Below, piece after piece: positions 37,901-52,357 of a DNA stretch of 64,000 nucleotides. The stretch comes from Octopus vulgaris. Taxonomy: Eukaryota. The translations under genes and the position numbers were made by a program. The notes under the pieces were generated by a model that did not search any database, was not told the DNA's origin, and saw only the letters and a list, made by a program, of their open reading frames with translations. Each line of letters starts with the position of its first letter. Within the stretch, counting starts at the first letter, position 1. The DNA lies in assembly GCA_951406725.2 (NCBI GenBank), contig OX597819.1, forward strand, positions 41,602,001-41,666,000, in the 5' to 3' direction.

Positions 37901-40900
37901 CAAGACAAATGTGATAGCTTGCTTTCTCAAAAGTTTGACAATTTTCTGGCAACATCTTTTGTGTCCTGAATAGATAGTCCAAAACTCCTGAGCATTGAGT
38001 AAATTCTGGCTTCAGCAAATCCTCTAACACCTATCTCTACAAAAAGGCATATTGCCTCTCATCCACTGTTTTTTTTTACATGAAGTAAATAGGGATCATA
38101 AAGAACTTACCACTGGGCAGTTTCTCAGCTCGGATAACACTTATTTCTGTACGTTTTCGGCTTAAACTCACCAATTTATCAATACTGAAAAGAATAGCTG
38201 GTCCAATAAAATAGACCCAAAACATTGGTCTCTGCACAACCACTGCACTACCATGAAGTATTGTAATGATATACAAGGGTATTATTAGTTTATGGGTAAG
38301 CCAAAATGCACTGAAGATATAACGTCGACTCTGCTGGGTGGCAAACATATATACAACACAGACAAGGACTATTAACATCACACCAGTAATTCCTGTGGGA
38401 GATAAGAAATCATTAAGAATATCAACAAATAAACATATGTAAACATATGCACACAAATTCAGCACAAGCACATACATGCATATCAACACAGACACACAGG
38501 CATATTTACTGACAATGCTTATCATTGCATACACAGATCTATGCATACACATAGATCTGTGCACAGCCATATCTATAAAAACATATGCACATCTCCATCT
38601 GAATCGGGCAACTTGCCCAGACCAATAAATCATGTTGGTCCTTTGCTAGTTGAAATATATGCTCTTACCGTGACTACTGATGATGGCAATAGTTCACTAA
38701 GTGAACAGATTGATCTTGGCTGTTGATAGTTTGCTGTCTGTTCATTTGCTCAGTGTCTGATGATATTTGCTACTAACTCAATAAGTTCTGCTGAAATAGT
38801 TCATATCAATAACGCTGCATCCTATGATTTCATCGCATGTACATTGGCTCAGGTGGTTACTGGCTATTTAGCCCATAGCTAGAACCTTGATGAGTGCTAC
38901 TATTCAGGGTCAGAGTAGTGACCAACAGGTGGTTCCACACCTCTCAAAATCCTGGAACTTCTAAACCAAGGCCTCATTACCAGATGTAGTTTAATGAAAT
39001 ACCCAGAACATGCACATTTAGGCATTCATATAAACCAAAGGTTCTCAACCATGTTTGTGCTGCCATTCACTTGACATGCAGACCATATTCCTAGTGCACC
39101 CCCCCACCACCACCACCACAAACGTAGATGATTTCCTGCAGCAAATTCAAAACAGCTGTATTTCAAAAAGCTTAACTTAGTTAACCCATTATTTTGTTTG
39201 CTCTTGACATCCATCGCGCCAATGGTTTCCCAGGGGAGCAGCAGTGCTGCCCACTTTGTGAAACACTGATACAGACATTCTTTTACTTGTTTCAGTTACT
39301 GGTTAGTAGCCATGCTGTGACACTATTTTCAAGAGTTTTAACTGATCAAGAATTGGCACTTAATTATAATTAACCATACTGCTTAAGTCCGATACTTGTT
39401 CCATTTGTCTATTTTGCTGAACTGCTAAGTTACAGGGACATAAACATAACAAAACCATTTGTCAAGTGGAGGGAACAAATACGACGAGACTCAATCACCC
39501 ACATATATGATGGGCTTCTGCACAGTTTCCATCTACCAAATCCACTCTCAGGGCATTGCTTGGCCCAGGGATGTAGAAGAAGACAATTGCCCAAGTTGCC
39601 ATAAACTACATGGCAGCAAATATCCTTGATCTATGCACACACACACAGACACATATATACATACATAGATATAATATAAAAACCTGTGTAATTTATGCAG
39701 GTGATTTTCAGGATAAAATTTGTTAAAAAAAAGGCTTCTACTCATGTAAAATTCACACCCAAATGTTTTCAGAATTGCTGATATCGCCAGGGATGAAATA
39801 GATTTTCAATTTAGTTGTATTTAGCATAATTTCACTTATGATACACACACACACACACGTATTATACACACACATTATATACACACATTATACACATACA
39901 TATACACATACATATTTATTATATACACACATTTATTATAGACACATTTTTTATACACATACATTGTATTTATTATACACACACACACACACGTATATTA
40001 TACACACATACACATGCACACATATATTATACAGACATATGTGTTTGTAAACACACACTCACACAAACATACACACAATTTTGAAAAGTTCCACTAATTT
40101 GGAGAAAGATATAACATTAATCTGATATTATTTGCAACTAAATAAAAGAAAATTTAAGTTAAAAGATATCTTTAGTAAAAATTCAAGAGAAGAGTTCTTA
40201 CCAGTAATGTTTCCAAAAACCCAAAAGTGAAATTTGGGTAAGTAATCAGATCTGTGGAAAAAATAGAAAAATTATTTTTTTTATTATGCTTTTGAAAACA
40301 AGTACTATTTTGAAAATTAGCTTTAATTATTCATATATTAAAATCTATTCATGTATTTATTCACATATATTTTAAAAAGAAGCACAATATAAATTTACAA
40401 TTTTAAAATGAACTTCAATTTTATTTGTATAATATACTAGTTTGTTTTCAGTAGCAGAATTTTCTTACCTGAAGACAATATTTCGAAATATACATAAAAG
40501 GGCTGAAGGTTGAGTGGCAACGTGATAGAAATTGAAGCCATATCCAATTACATGTAGTGCTGTTAAATATAAAAACATGATTTAGTAAATGGTGAGTTTG
40601 CAAGTTTGGGAAATGAATTTTCAATGACTTCAAAGAGGTTCTATGGTAATTATAACTAACAGCTTTGGTCCTAGTTGAGATAACAATATTGCAATGTAAT
40701 AAAATTATTTTTAATTTAGGCACAATTCCAGAAGTTTTGTAGGGTGAGGGGTTAGTTAATTACATGCCCCCACCCCTAAACTTGACTAGCGTATTTTATT
40801 GACTCTAGAGGGATGAAATAAAAGGTCAGCATCAGTAGGGTTTGAACTCAGAACATAAAGAGCTAGATCAAATATAGCAAGGCATTTAGTCCAATGTAAT

Positions 40901-43900
40901 AATTCTGCCAATCCACCACCCTACAATATAATATAAATATAGCTGATTTAGCTTTCAAATAGCTACATAATTTTGGCTAGTTGTAAGTGACAGTATCAAA
41001 ACGGTTACTTTGTCAAAAGGAACAAATTAAAGCAAATTAACAAGTTTTACATAACAAACAACTATTCACTTGGAATGTCTTTAGAACAATATTTTTCTAG
41101 TATTTGAGCTGTGGTCATGGGCTTTGTGTTGCAGGTATGAATTATGATGCTCTGGCAAAAGCAAATGCTTAACATAGATAGAACCACATCTTAAAAAGCA
41201 GCCCTTTTCTTCAGAGTGAGAAATCATTTCCGCTCTGAACAGCTGCTCATACTTTACAGAGTTTAAGTGAAGCCCACAATGAAAAATTACTCCCAAATCT
41301 GGAACAATACTACTGTTATGCACACACACACATCCTGAGCCACATCCAGAAAAGGGTCAGCTGATCAAATGGTATTCAATCAATTACTAACAGACATGCT
41401 CCAGTCTCTGACCTATAGGCATGCTGTATCCTTTTTCTATCTCTTTCAATGCAATTATCATGGCCTCTGCTCCTCACATCTGACTGGTTTTATACTACTT
41501 CCATTCAGTTACTTCCAACTCACTTGTCTCTCCACCTCTCCCCAACCTTGTGGCATCCAACACCTTGTTCTTATCAGGTGGCAAAACCCTGCTGAGAATT
41601 TTTTTTTCCATTTGTCTCTTCTGATAGACAGTGGCACCACACAAAAGATATGCAGTGGAATTCAGGACATTAAAGGATTGTGATATCCTCCAGACCAAGT
41701 CTGAGTGTTGGAGAATTTATTTTACTAAAAGATACCCCAAAGTCAAAATAACATTTTTTTTTTTTTCTTTTTGCTATTCTGAATTTCATTAGATTTGAAA
41801 TAAAGCATCTTTGAAAATATTTGCAAGTTAACTAAATATCATTATTCTTACACTTTTAGTTGTTTCAGTCATCCAACTGTGGCCATGCTGGAGTACCGCC
41901 CTCAGTCGAGCAAATCGACCCCGGGACTTATTCTTTGTAAGCCAAGTACTTATTCTATCGGTCTCTTTTGCCGAACCGCTAAGTGACGGGGATGCAAACA
42001 CACCAGCATCGGTTGTCAAGCAATGCCAGGGGGACAAACACATATACGACAGGCTTCTTTCAGTTTCCATCTACCAAATCCACTCACAAGGCATTGGTTG
42101 GCCCAGGGCTATAGCAGAAGACACTTGCCCAAGATACCATGCAGTGGGACTGAACCCGGAACCATGTGGTTGGTTAGCAAGCTACTTACCACACAGCCAC
42201 TCCTGCTGAACTTTACAAAGGAAATGAGAAAAGAATGCAACAAGATGCAGGAAGATGCATTGCATAAGACCTGTTCAACCATACAAAATTTCTTTTTTTT
42301 TTTTTCTGTAGTTTCAGCTCAGGGCTGCGGCTATGCTGATGCACTGGTGTATTTTGAGAGCATCACTCAAAGTATTGAGACCCACTTAAGAAGTTATTAA
42401 ACCTCTCAAGAATGATCTTTAATGGATTTCTCACATTCATTGAAGGCGGAGTAATGAACGATTAAGAAAACCCTGCTTCACGCTCAGGACTCAATACAAT
42501 CTCACATCACCGTGATGTTGATCCGCTCAACAGAATTGGATACCATTGCGACACATACTTAAGACATCATCATCATCGTTTAACGTCCACTTTCCATGCT
42601 AGCATAGGTTGGACGATTTTGACTGAGGGCTGGCGAACCAGATGGTTGCACCAGGCTCCAATCTTGATTTGGCAGAGTTTCTACAGCTGGATGCCCTTCC
42701 TAATACCAACCACTCCGAGAGTGTAGTGGGTGCTTTTTACGTGCCACCGGCATGGGGGCCAGTCAGGTGGTACTAGCAACAACCTCGCTCGAATCCTTTT
42801 ACACATGCCACCAGCACAGGTGCCAGTAAGGCGACTTTGGTAATGATCATGCTCGAATGGTGCCTTTTTACATGCCATGGCACAGGGGCCAGTCAGGCAG
42901 TACTGGCAATGATCTCGCTCGAATCTTTTTATACATGCCACCAGCACAGGTGCCAGTAAGGCGACTTTGGTAATGATCACGCTCAAATGGTGCCCTTTTA
43001 TGTGCCACTGGCACGGAAGCCAGTTGGCTGCTTTGGCAACGATCACACTTGCACCCTACTAGCATGGGCACTAGTGATCCTTAAAAAAGCAATTATACAT
43101 ATGAAATTGAAAAGTATAGAAAAAAATGACTAAAATGCATTTATCATATAGGAAAAAAAAAAGAATACTAACCTGTGAAGAAAAGTGCATTCCAGGCCAC
43201 TAATTTATGGAAAGCAACATTTGAATCAAACGGAATATACATGTTGAGAAATGTGCCCCTCAAAAAGGTTATAAGGTTTCTACACATTGTCAGCAGCAAC
43301 AAGCTAAAATTGAAGGACATACTTGCTGCAGCACCTCGAGTCACACTCAAACCATAACCCATTATGCGACGTAGGCCAACGTGTTCATTTTCTACTGAAT
43401 AATCTGAAGTAAAAAAAGACAGTATCAACACATGAGGTTAGTCCTAACTTGTTTTAGGTTTATATGTGGTCAAGTTTTTAAAAATTAGTCTTGTCACTGA
43501 AAATAAGATGGTAAAGGAAGCCTTGATATGGCCAGATAGAAGCAGCAGCCAAATTTCCCTCAAATCTACCTCTACCACCTAAAAAAAAAAAATAACACAT
43601 AGCTGAACGTTTTCCTGGACATTAGTTCTGGCAGAAATGTTAGCACGCCGGGCAAAATGCGTAGCCGTATTTCGTCTGCCATTACGTCCTGAGTTCAAAT
43701 TCCGCTGAGGTCGACTTTGCCTTTCATCCTTTCAGGGTTGATAAATTAAGTACCAGTTATGCATTGGGGTTGATATAATCGACTTAATCCCTTTGTCTGT
43801 CCGTGTTTGTCCACTATGTTTAGCCCCTTGTGGGCAATAAAGAAATTATTATTTCTGTAAGATTAGATGTTCATGCGCAGAAGATCTGTTAAAAGATTTG

Positions 43901-46900
43901 TTCAGAGTTCATCTGTGGTGAAATGATAATTGTTTCTAATAAAGGCACACAGCCAGTAGTTTTTAAGAAGAGGATATAAGTTCAAATCGTTGACCCCTGT
44001 TCTTAACTGATACTTTATTGATTATAGGGAGATGACACAACTGACCTCAGCAGGATTTGAACTCGGATCATAATGAATCAATGCTTTAATGATTTTCAAC
44101 CCTTGGGAAAAAAAGAAAGAAAAAAGATTCATATGGATACTTACAATAAAATCTTTCAGCAAAAACTCCCAAGGTAAAAGCATAGAGTAAAATTAGAAAG
44201 AAAATGTGCTGTCTGTAGTTTTCCACAAAATTTTTTGCTGAAATTATCTTTGCTTTAACGGGGGTATATTTTGTAAAAGATACAAAATTCGTCCGCAACT
44301 CATGTTTGTCAAGATTTTGTTTGGGAACTGTTTGTTGAGTTGTTTTCTCCAAACTGAAATAGATAAAAAAAATTAAAAATCTGAAATAATAAATACTCTG
44401 AGCAAGATAAGATAATTTCCTAAGGAAAAGAGAGAGTAAGAAATTCTTTTATGGTTTTTATTTAAAAAAGACTAAAAATATGTATACATGTGTTACAACC
44501 AAATGCCAAGTTAACTGACCAACTCTGAGCAACAGACAATGACAACCAGAATGATTGAATTATAGTTTACAGATGTAAAAAATTATATTCAAAACCCTGA
44601 ACCCTATATATTTCTGACCCATGGCCTTGCCTCAAACCATTTTCAGTAGGAACATGTCAGTGACCAAATCGCAGTTGTTGGAACCAAAATTCTGGGAGTA
44701 AGTAAATGTTTAAATGAAGCTTTTGTATTGTTCAATGATTATAAGTCTTCCACACTACATGTTTAAATTTCAACGCACAGTCTCAAATCAAGTTACTTGC
44801 AAGACCAGTATATTTCCAAAATTGTTTAACAACTAATCAGCTCTTTTTAATATTGGCACACAGCCAGCAATGTTGAAGGAGAGACAAGTCCATTACATCA
44901 ACTCCAGTGCTTGGCTAGTACTTATTTTATCAACCATGAAAGGATAACTAAATAACCCCATTCAATCAAATCAAATTTAATCTGTAAAATGGTGTGAAGG
45001 AATGTGGCTTAGTAATTAGTATTGCACTCAATCGCCAGATTGTTGGTTCATTTCTCAGATCAGGTGGCATGTTGCGTTCTTGAACAAAACACTTCATTTA
45101 TGTTCCTCTAGTGCTGTGTTGCGATGGCATGTCAAAGAATAGACCCAAAATTTCCTCTGTGTGTCATAAAAGATGACTAAAAGAGTTTGAGGTAGGATCT
45201 ACACTCCAGTCTCGTAAAACCCTTACTAGCAACGACTATCCAAACCGACCCATGGATTGAAGGTTTGTCGCCTGAGTGGTGCAAAGGTGTCATCTGCCGG
45301 GTGTAGTAGGGTACTGCCAACAAATGATGGACACAGTGCATGCCCCCCCACCACCACCACCACCACCACCATACTACAATGGTGCAGACATGGCTGAGTC
45401 GTTAAAAAGTTCACTTACAAATGATTTCTGGTTCAGTCCCACAGCATGGTACCCTTGGCATGTCTGCAATAGCTCCCTGTGAGTTTTTGGTCAATGGAAA
45501 CTGACAGAAGTCCTTCACATGTACTTTAAATCCACTGTAATGTAATTCCTAATATCTAACCCTATAAAATCCTGTATCTCACTAAATTTCTAATGAACTA
45601 GCACCAATAACCAACTAAAACTGACCAATTAAAAATATATAATCTAATTGAATGTAAGACTCTTATAAACCTTAACATAAAAATAAAAGATGATTGAAAC
45701 AATTAAACTAGATCTAGTCTTATATCATCCAATGAAAGAGCCCGTAAATAGAATATGAATATACACTCATTGAAATGTGTGCATGCACATTGCATCTTGG
45801 TTGATCTGGATAGTAGGGAAGAAACCACTACAACAATAACAAAAGTCATTTATTCTTTACTATCACAACCACCCACCATACTGCAACAACAATGATTACC
45901 ACAAGGAATCCACACTATAATGGACTGGGAGGATCGAAGTGATAGCTATTTCAGAGAAATTAATAATATAACAATAAAAATAAGGACTTACTTTCGCTTT
46001 CCTGGGAAACATTCCTTGGGTGCTACAAATATAGAAATATCATAAAACAAAAATTAGCATTTTTAGTGAATGTTTCGTAGAGTGTTATAGCTAATTGAGT
46101 TGTTTCCCCACTACCTTCTATTGTTATGTTACAATATACTGCTGGTGTTAATGTTATTAACCAAGGATAGACCAATGCTAAAGTTAATTCTGGAGTGAAT
46201 TCAATCAAGATTCTTAGAACATATCCAGGATTTTTTTCAATTTCCACCAGTTTTTTTTTTGTTTTTTTTTTGTGGCTGCTTAATCAAAACAAAGTTTGCT
46301 GCTTCTTGCTAGAAAAACAAAGAATAATAATTCTTTCTAATTTTAACCAAAGGTCATCAATTTTGAAAGGAAGGAGCAAATCAATTGCATTGACCCCAGT
46401 ACTTGACTGGTACTTTATTTTATTGATCCTGAAAGGACCAAATGTAAAGTTGACCTCAGCACGATTTGAACTCAGGAAGTAAAAAACCTGAGGCATTTTG
46501 TCTTAGATAATAATCCTTTCTCCTATATGCACAAAGCCTGAAACTTTGGGGTTGGGGGCTAGTCGATTCTTGACTGGTACTTACTTTATTGACTCCAAAA
46601 GGATGAAAGGCAATGCCAACCTTGGTGTAATTTGAACTCAAATATAAAGGCAGACGAAATGGATGGCTAATCATTTTACCTGGCATGCTAAAGGATTTTG
46701 CCAACTCGCAGCCTTACTGCCTTAGATAATAACATTTATAAAATTTTTTTAAATTCTAATTTTGGCACAAGATCAGCAATTTTGAGGGAAAGGGATAAGC
46801 CAATACTCTTGATTCTGGTCCTTTACCTTTTATCCCTCCACAGTTGATAAAATACTAGTAATAAAGCACTGTTCAAGTACTAGAGTCAAAAGTATCAATT

Positions 46901-48650
46901 TTCCCATTTGCACAAATCTTCATTGATGTTTTTGATCTACTTGAAGTAGAAGCAGAAGGTGGAAAGAAAAGTGCTTTCCTCCATTAATTTGTTGAAAGGC
47001 AGACAAGATTATTAACTATACACTTACAAAATGGGTTTACACTCAGCATGTATCTGTAAGCTGAGCAATGTTAATGCGCAGGCTAAGACTACATGCCTTC
47101 ACTAGTCAGTTAAGATGGGGGCTGCCTGCTGGAGCCTAGCGGCAGGTATCTAAAGGGAAAAATTTGACAAGTCAGTTAGTCACCGGCTGACACTCGCTGA
47201 CGATACATCGAAGAGGCCAGGGAACAGAAGAAAGAAGACATGCACCCAACACCAGAGCTGAAGACACCTCCGAAAGGGAAGGGGGCCCACCACGTCAAAA
47301 TGGTAGAGGAGTAGGGGCTGAAACCGGACATGGTTCCCCCTGATGATGTCTTGAGCTAACTGGATCCTATAAAGGAGCTGTTGAGGTAGCAGACCACGAA
47401 ACACGGTTGTAATTCTTCCTAGGGGTGGGCACTCAGTGAATTGTTGTTAGTGGGATTTAACTCAGCATGCAGAAAATCAGAAGAATTCTGCCCTACTAAT
47501 TCATTCAATCCATTTTCCTTATGATAAAAAATAATTCCCATTAAAATTATCATAGCCCACCAGCTATTTACAACACCAGCAATTTGTTAATCACTCTTTT
47601 TCCATATGAGTAGAAGCAAAGCTTTTTAAACATGTGATTGATAGTGAATACTTGTAACTGATGTTGAACATATGCACAGAAATCCCATAACCAGCAATTT
47701 AACCACTGCTGCTGGACACTGGCTATTATTGGTTCTATGATAAAAACTTGTTTAAAATAAGTCATCTAAATAAAAACCTAGCATCAAAATTTCATGTTAT
47801 ATTCCAAATTTCAGTTAAATAATGATGAAATTCTATTGTATCTGGGGAGAGTCATTTTCTTTTTGTGCCTTATAATTTAACACACTCACTATTGAAAAGG
47901 TTGCAAGACAACGAAAATTTTAGGAAAATAAAGATAAGTGGAAATTTTACCAGTGAGTGTGTTAAATTATAAGGCACAAAAAGAAAATGACTCTCCCCAG
48001 TCACAACCAAGAGAATACCTTCCATCAGGCATTTGCCAAATTCTGAACGCCTTACTTCCCTGGGCATGGACACATTGAAACTCCGATGTTTGGCAGCTGA
48101 CTTGGCAGACACCTATAAAATTATTACAAGCAATAACTCTGAGCACCTTTTCAAACTCCACCTGTCTAACACCAGCAGACATGTTTACAAAGTCAGAAAA
48201 CGGCACAGCTCCCATGACTTTCGGAAACATTTTTTCACGTTAAGAGTTACTGAAGCATGGAACAGACCGCTGGCATCAGTTGTTAGTTGTCGGAGCACTG
48301 CATCCTTCAAAACTTCCATGCTTCCTGAGATTTGCCAACACTACACCTGATTTTCTCCCCTCCATACACACAAGCATGTATCTGACTCATACACTGTTCA
48401 CTTTCCAGACAGTTGTACATCACTGCATATGCTTTATACACACTTTTGACAAGTTGTGGTGCACCTGAGCACTGTATACAATAATTTCATTATTATTATT
48501 TTACAACGGAATATGCTTCAACACACGAACTCACTTAAAGAATCTTGCAAGCCAAATCCAAAAACAAAATGAAATTATTTTACTCAATTTCATTACTTTC
48601 AAAATCAGGTGAAACAAAGGCAGTTTTCTAATCAATGAAAATGTGGTTGC

Positions 48651-48681
<31 letters not shown>

Positions 48682-51600
48682 TCACCTTTCCAGTTAATTG
48701 ATAGATTGCACATTTTGCTTATTTGTGGGGCTATTATATTACAAAACTCTTCAAAGTTTATGTAAGCTTCATCTTCACTCGCAGTCTGTTTGATAAAAGA
48801 ATTCACCAAAGCATCAATCTCTTCGTCTGTGAGTTCACATTTTCCCATGTCCAATAGTGACCTGGAGATAAAGGGAAAAAAATGAAAGAAGAAAAGTTAG
48901 AATAATCATATATAATGGAATTGAAGGCTTATGATACCTATTTCTTTACTACCCACAAGGGGCTAAACAGAGAGGAGACAAACAAGGACCCCAGTGTGTA
49001 ACTGGTACTTAATTCATCGACCCCGAAAGGATGAACGGCAAAGTTGACCTCGGCGGAATTTGAACTCAGAACTTAATGGCAGACGAAATACCACTAAGCA
49101 TTTCGGCCGGCATGCTAGCGCTTTTGCCAGTTCGCCGCCATTGCCACTTCACCGCCTTTAAGGCTTGTGATACCTGTGGAGTAATCTCCTTCTCCCATTA
49201 TAATTATTTCTGTAGTCTTAAGGATCTGGAACATGAAGAAGCTTACAGAGGAGTGCAATTCAAAAGTCGTTTATTTTTAGTTCTTGTTCATGTGGCTTGC
49301 TCCCAGTGACCATCTTTATGGCAGCACGTGGTTTATTGTAGCTCCGTTCGCATGAGTTTCATTACCTCTGGAGATAACAGGTGAAGTTAGAGCAGGATAA
49401 GAGTCCGCTGTGAGCTGCCAGCTTTTCAGTCTTCCTCAGTGTAAGCAAGAAGAAAGAAAGAGAAAAACTGTCTTAATTCTCCTGCTTAAATAGTCGTTGC
49501 TGATGAGAGTCTCGCTGTCGTCTCGCGCATGGCAAATGGTTGCAGGTGAGATCTCACTCCTGTTTCAAGCATGGTAATGGCTAGCAGCAAGATCTCATAC
49601 AAAATGATACTGGCTCCTTGTGCCTCACTACATAGGTCTCAATTTTAGAATATAAATTTTATAAAATATTAGCTTGGGAATAAAGGTGCCATAAAATATT
49701 ATACAAAAGAATTTTAGAGTCAAAAGATATAATGCTTCTACAAGTCAATGAGAGAGAGTCAAAGCTTAGTTTATGGTACTATATTACCAATAATATCATG
49801 TCACCAGTATTGCACTCTCTCTCTCTGAAGTCAAGATACCTAACTTATTGATCCAACTTTCCTAGTAAGGATAGCCAAGTTGTTTCATAAAAAGTACACT
49901 CACACATACATATATATATCATTGAACAGCTGTTCTCCATGCTGAGATAAGTTGGATGGTTTGACAGGAGCTGGCCAACTAGAGAGCTGCCTGGGATGCA
50001 TTTGTATGTTTTAGAATGGTTTCAACAGCTGAATGCCCTTCCTAATGCCAACCACTTTATAATGTGTACTGGGTGCTTTTACATGGCATATATATTTAAA
50101 TTCAAGAATTGTTATAAACATAGGTTGTACTAGAAGTAATACAAAAGTGAATACAACTTATTAACTGATAAGGATTATTCAAATTGTCTGTATTAATAGA
50201 ATAACTCTTTCTCAATATTAACACTTCTTGTTCTTCACTGTCAGTAAATGAAGGGCTCCAAGCAAAAGCAGCATGCAGACATTGAGTTCTTGACAAAAAA
50301 AAGGGGTGCAAGCTGTCCAACATCTGCTGAAGTATACAGGGAGTTTACAGAGATGACACCATCAACAATAGCAAAGCGCACAAATGGATGAATTTTAAAG
50401 ACATGAAAACCAGTACTGAAGTCAAACCATGCAGTGGAAGACCACCAGCTGTGACCCCTGATATGAATCACCAGTGAGTGGACAAATTGATTTCACATGG
50501 GTAAATAAGTCACAATTCATGGAGCTTGCTGCACAATTGGGATGTGGTCACAAAGAATTCTAAAAGATGGAAGACTACAGGTATCAGAAGGTGTGTGAAG
50601 ATTGGGTACTTTGGCAGCTGATAGTCCATTTGAGGGAGAGAAATATGGGCTCTGATCTGTTAGAAGCCAATGAAGGTCACTTTTTTTTCTGATCTGGTGA
50701 TAGAAGAAACATGACCATATTTCTCTATGATCCAAAAAGGAAGTATCAGCCCACTGAATGGCATCACACCACTTCTCCAAGACCCTAAGAAGTTCAAGAG
50801 CCAGAGCAAAACAAATTTCTTAGCAACATCATTGTGCTTCAGACTGGAAAAAGAAATAACTTACTTGAACATTACCAAAATTTCAGATCTGTCCAGAGTT
50901 TCACTGCAATCCACATCATACATGCGAAATAACATCTTTAACTTGTCTGTTGCTGTCCCTACAAAAATAGAAGTCAAAATAATCTTAGAACTTAGCCATA
51001 CTTGCATCTTCTATAAACATGTATCCATTTCTATGTGACAACTGGCTTCTTTGATTTACCTCATTAAAATGCAACTCTGGCAGAGAATGCATAGTTTGGT
51101 ACTGACTCAGTTATTAACTGCCATCTCTAACAAGGTTAAAAACAATTCTCATTAGCAGGGATGGACTGAGCCATTGGTCAATCAGGGACTGCCCAAGGGC
51201 CCAGGGCTCTGAGGGGCCTGCACTCTACATGTTAACTCTACTAAAACACACATTCAAAGGGGGCTGGTAAACAGTTATGCTCAAGGGCTCTTAATACTCT
51301 CAGTCCAGCCCTGTTCATTGGTGTCTTCCATGGTTTCAATTCAAGACAGCCCACAAAATCTTGATTAAGGCCTTGATTTCTGGTAACTAAAGAGAGGGTA
51401 GTGAAAATAAGGAACTGATTGTTGACTTACCCTTCGTGAATAATGCAACAATGTTGAAAAAATCACGGAAGGAAATGTAATTTTTATTTCCAGAGTCAGC
51501 AAGACTAAACATTCGTTCAACAAATTCTGAGTCGGTTTTCATTGCCAAAGCTTCCGCAAATTCAGCCTAAATTTTGAAATTGTAAAAGACCAAAGAAAAA

Positions 51601-51909
51601 AAATGAATAGATATATTTCAAATGAATAGACTGACATATTATCCTTAAAATTACATTAAGTGAAACTAACAGAATTTTGTATGTTTTTGATTGGCTATGT
51701 GCCAACACAAGGTCTTGGATTTTCAACTAAGGTAATTTTATCAGACAGAGTCAAGTTGAACAAATTAAATTTTACAGCATATTTCACTCTGAAATGCTAA
51801 CCAAAGTCAGACATATCTAATTCAACAGCATTGGATTACATACTATAATGATCTACACTCCTCTGGATTGACAAACAGTACCATCCCTGTCCAAATCAAT
51901 AACTGCATA

Positions 51910-51950
<41 letters not shown>

Positions 51951-52323
51951 CACCAAGTAAGTTAGGGGTTATGGATCCAACCCACTAAGGGATAATACTT
52001 ATCCAATATACTGTTGGTATAATACCCAAATTATTAATACACAAGTGTTTTTTAATTGCAATAAACTTACTTATTGCATTAAATGGGTGAAGGTAAAGAA
52101 ATATGTTACCATTAATTTATATTACAAATAAGAAAATGGAGAAACACATTAGTTGGTTTATCAGCTTTAGGATATTGGAATGTTGACTTATTTATCAAAA
52201 CGACAACCATAATAACATACATATATACAGTATAAAATTCAATATGTATAAGATAAGAATACAAGTAGTTATTAAAAAAAAAACATTAATATAAATTGTT
52301 AAAATAATTAAAATCACATACAG

Positions 52324-52357
<34 letters not shown>

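Noticed and set aside
38393-38633. N-terminal extension of the 185-aa ORF (similar extensions on the 33366, 35259 and 48531 ORFs)
   Set aside because: Intronic read-through beyond clear splice sites; only the exon portions are Duox-like.
42680-43070. Regularly spaced repeats with variable intervening sequence, superficially CRISPR-like
   Set aside because: The 'spacers' are alternating homologous subunits of a dispersed eukaryotic retroposon with five copies in this window, and there are no cas genes.
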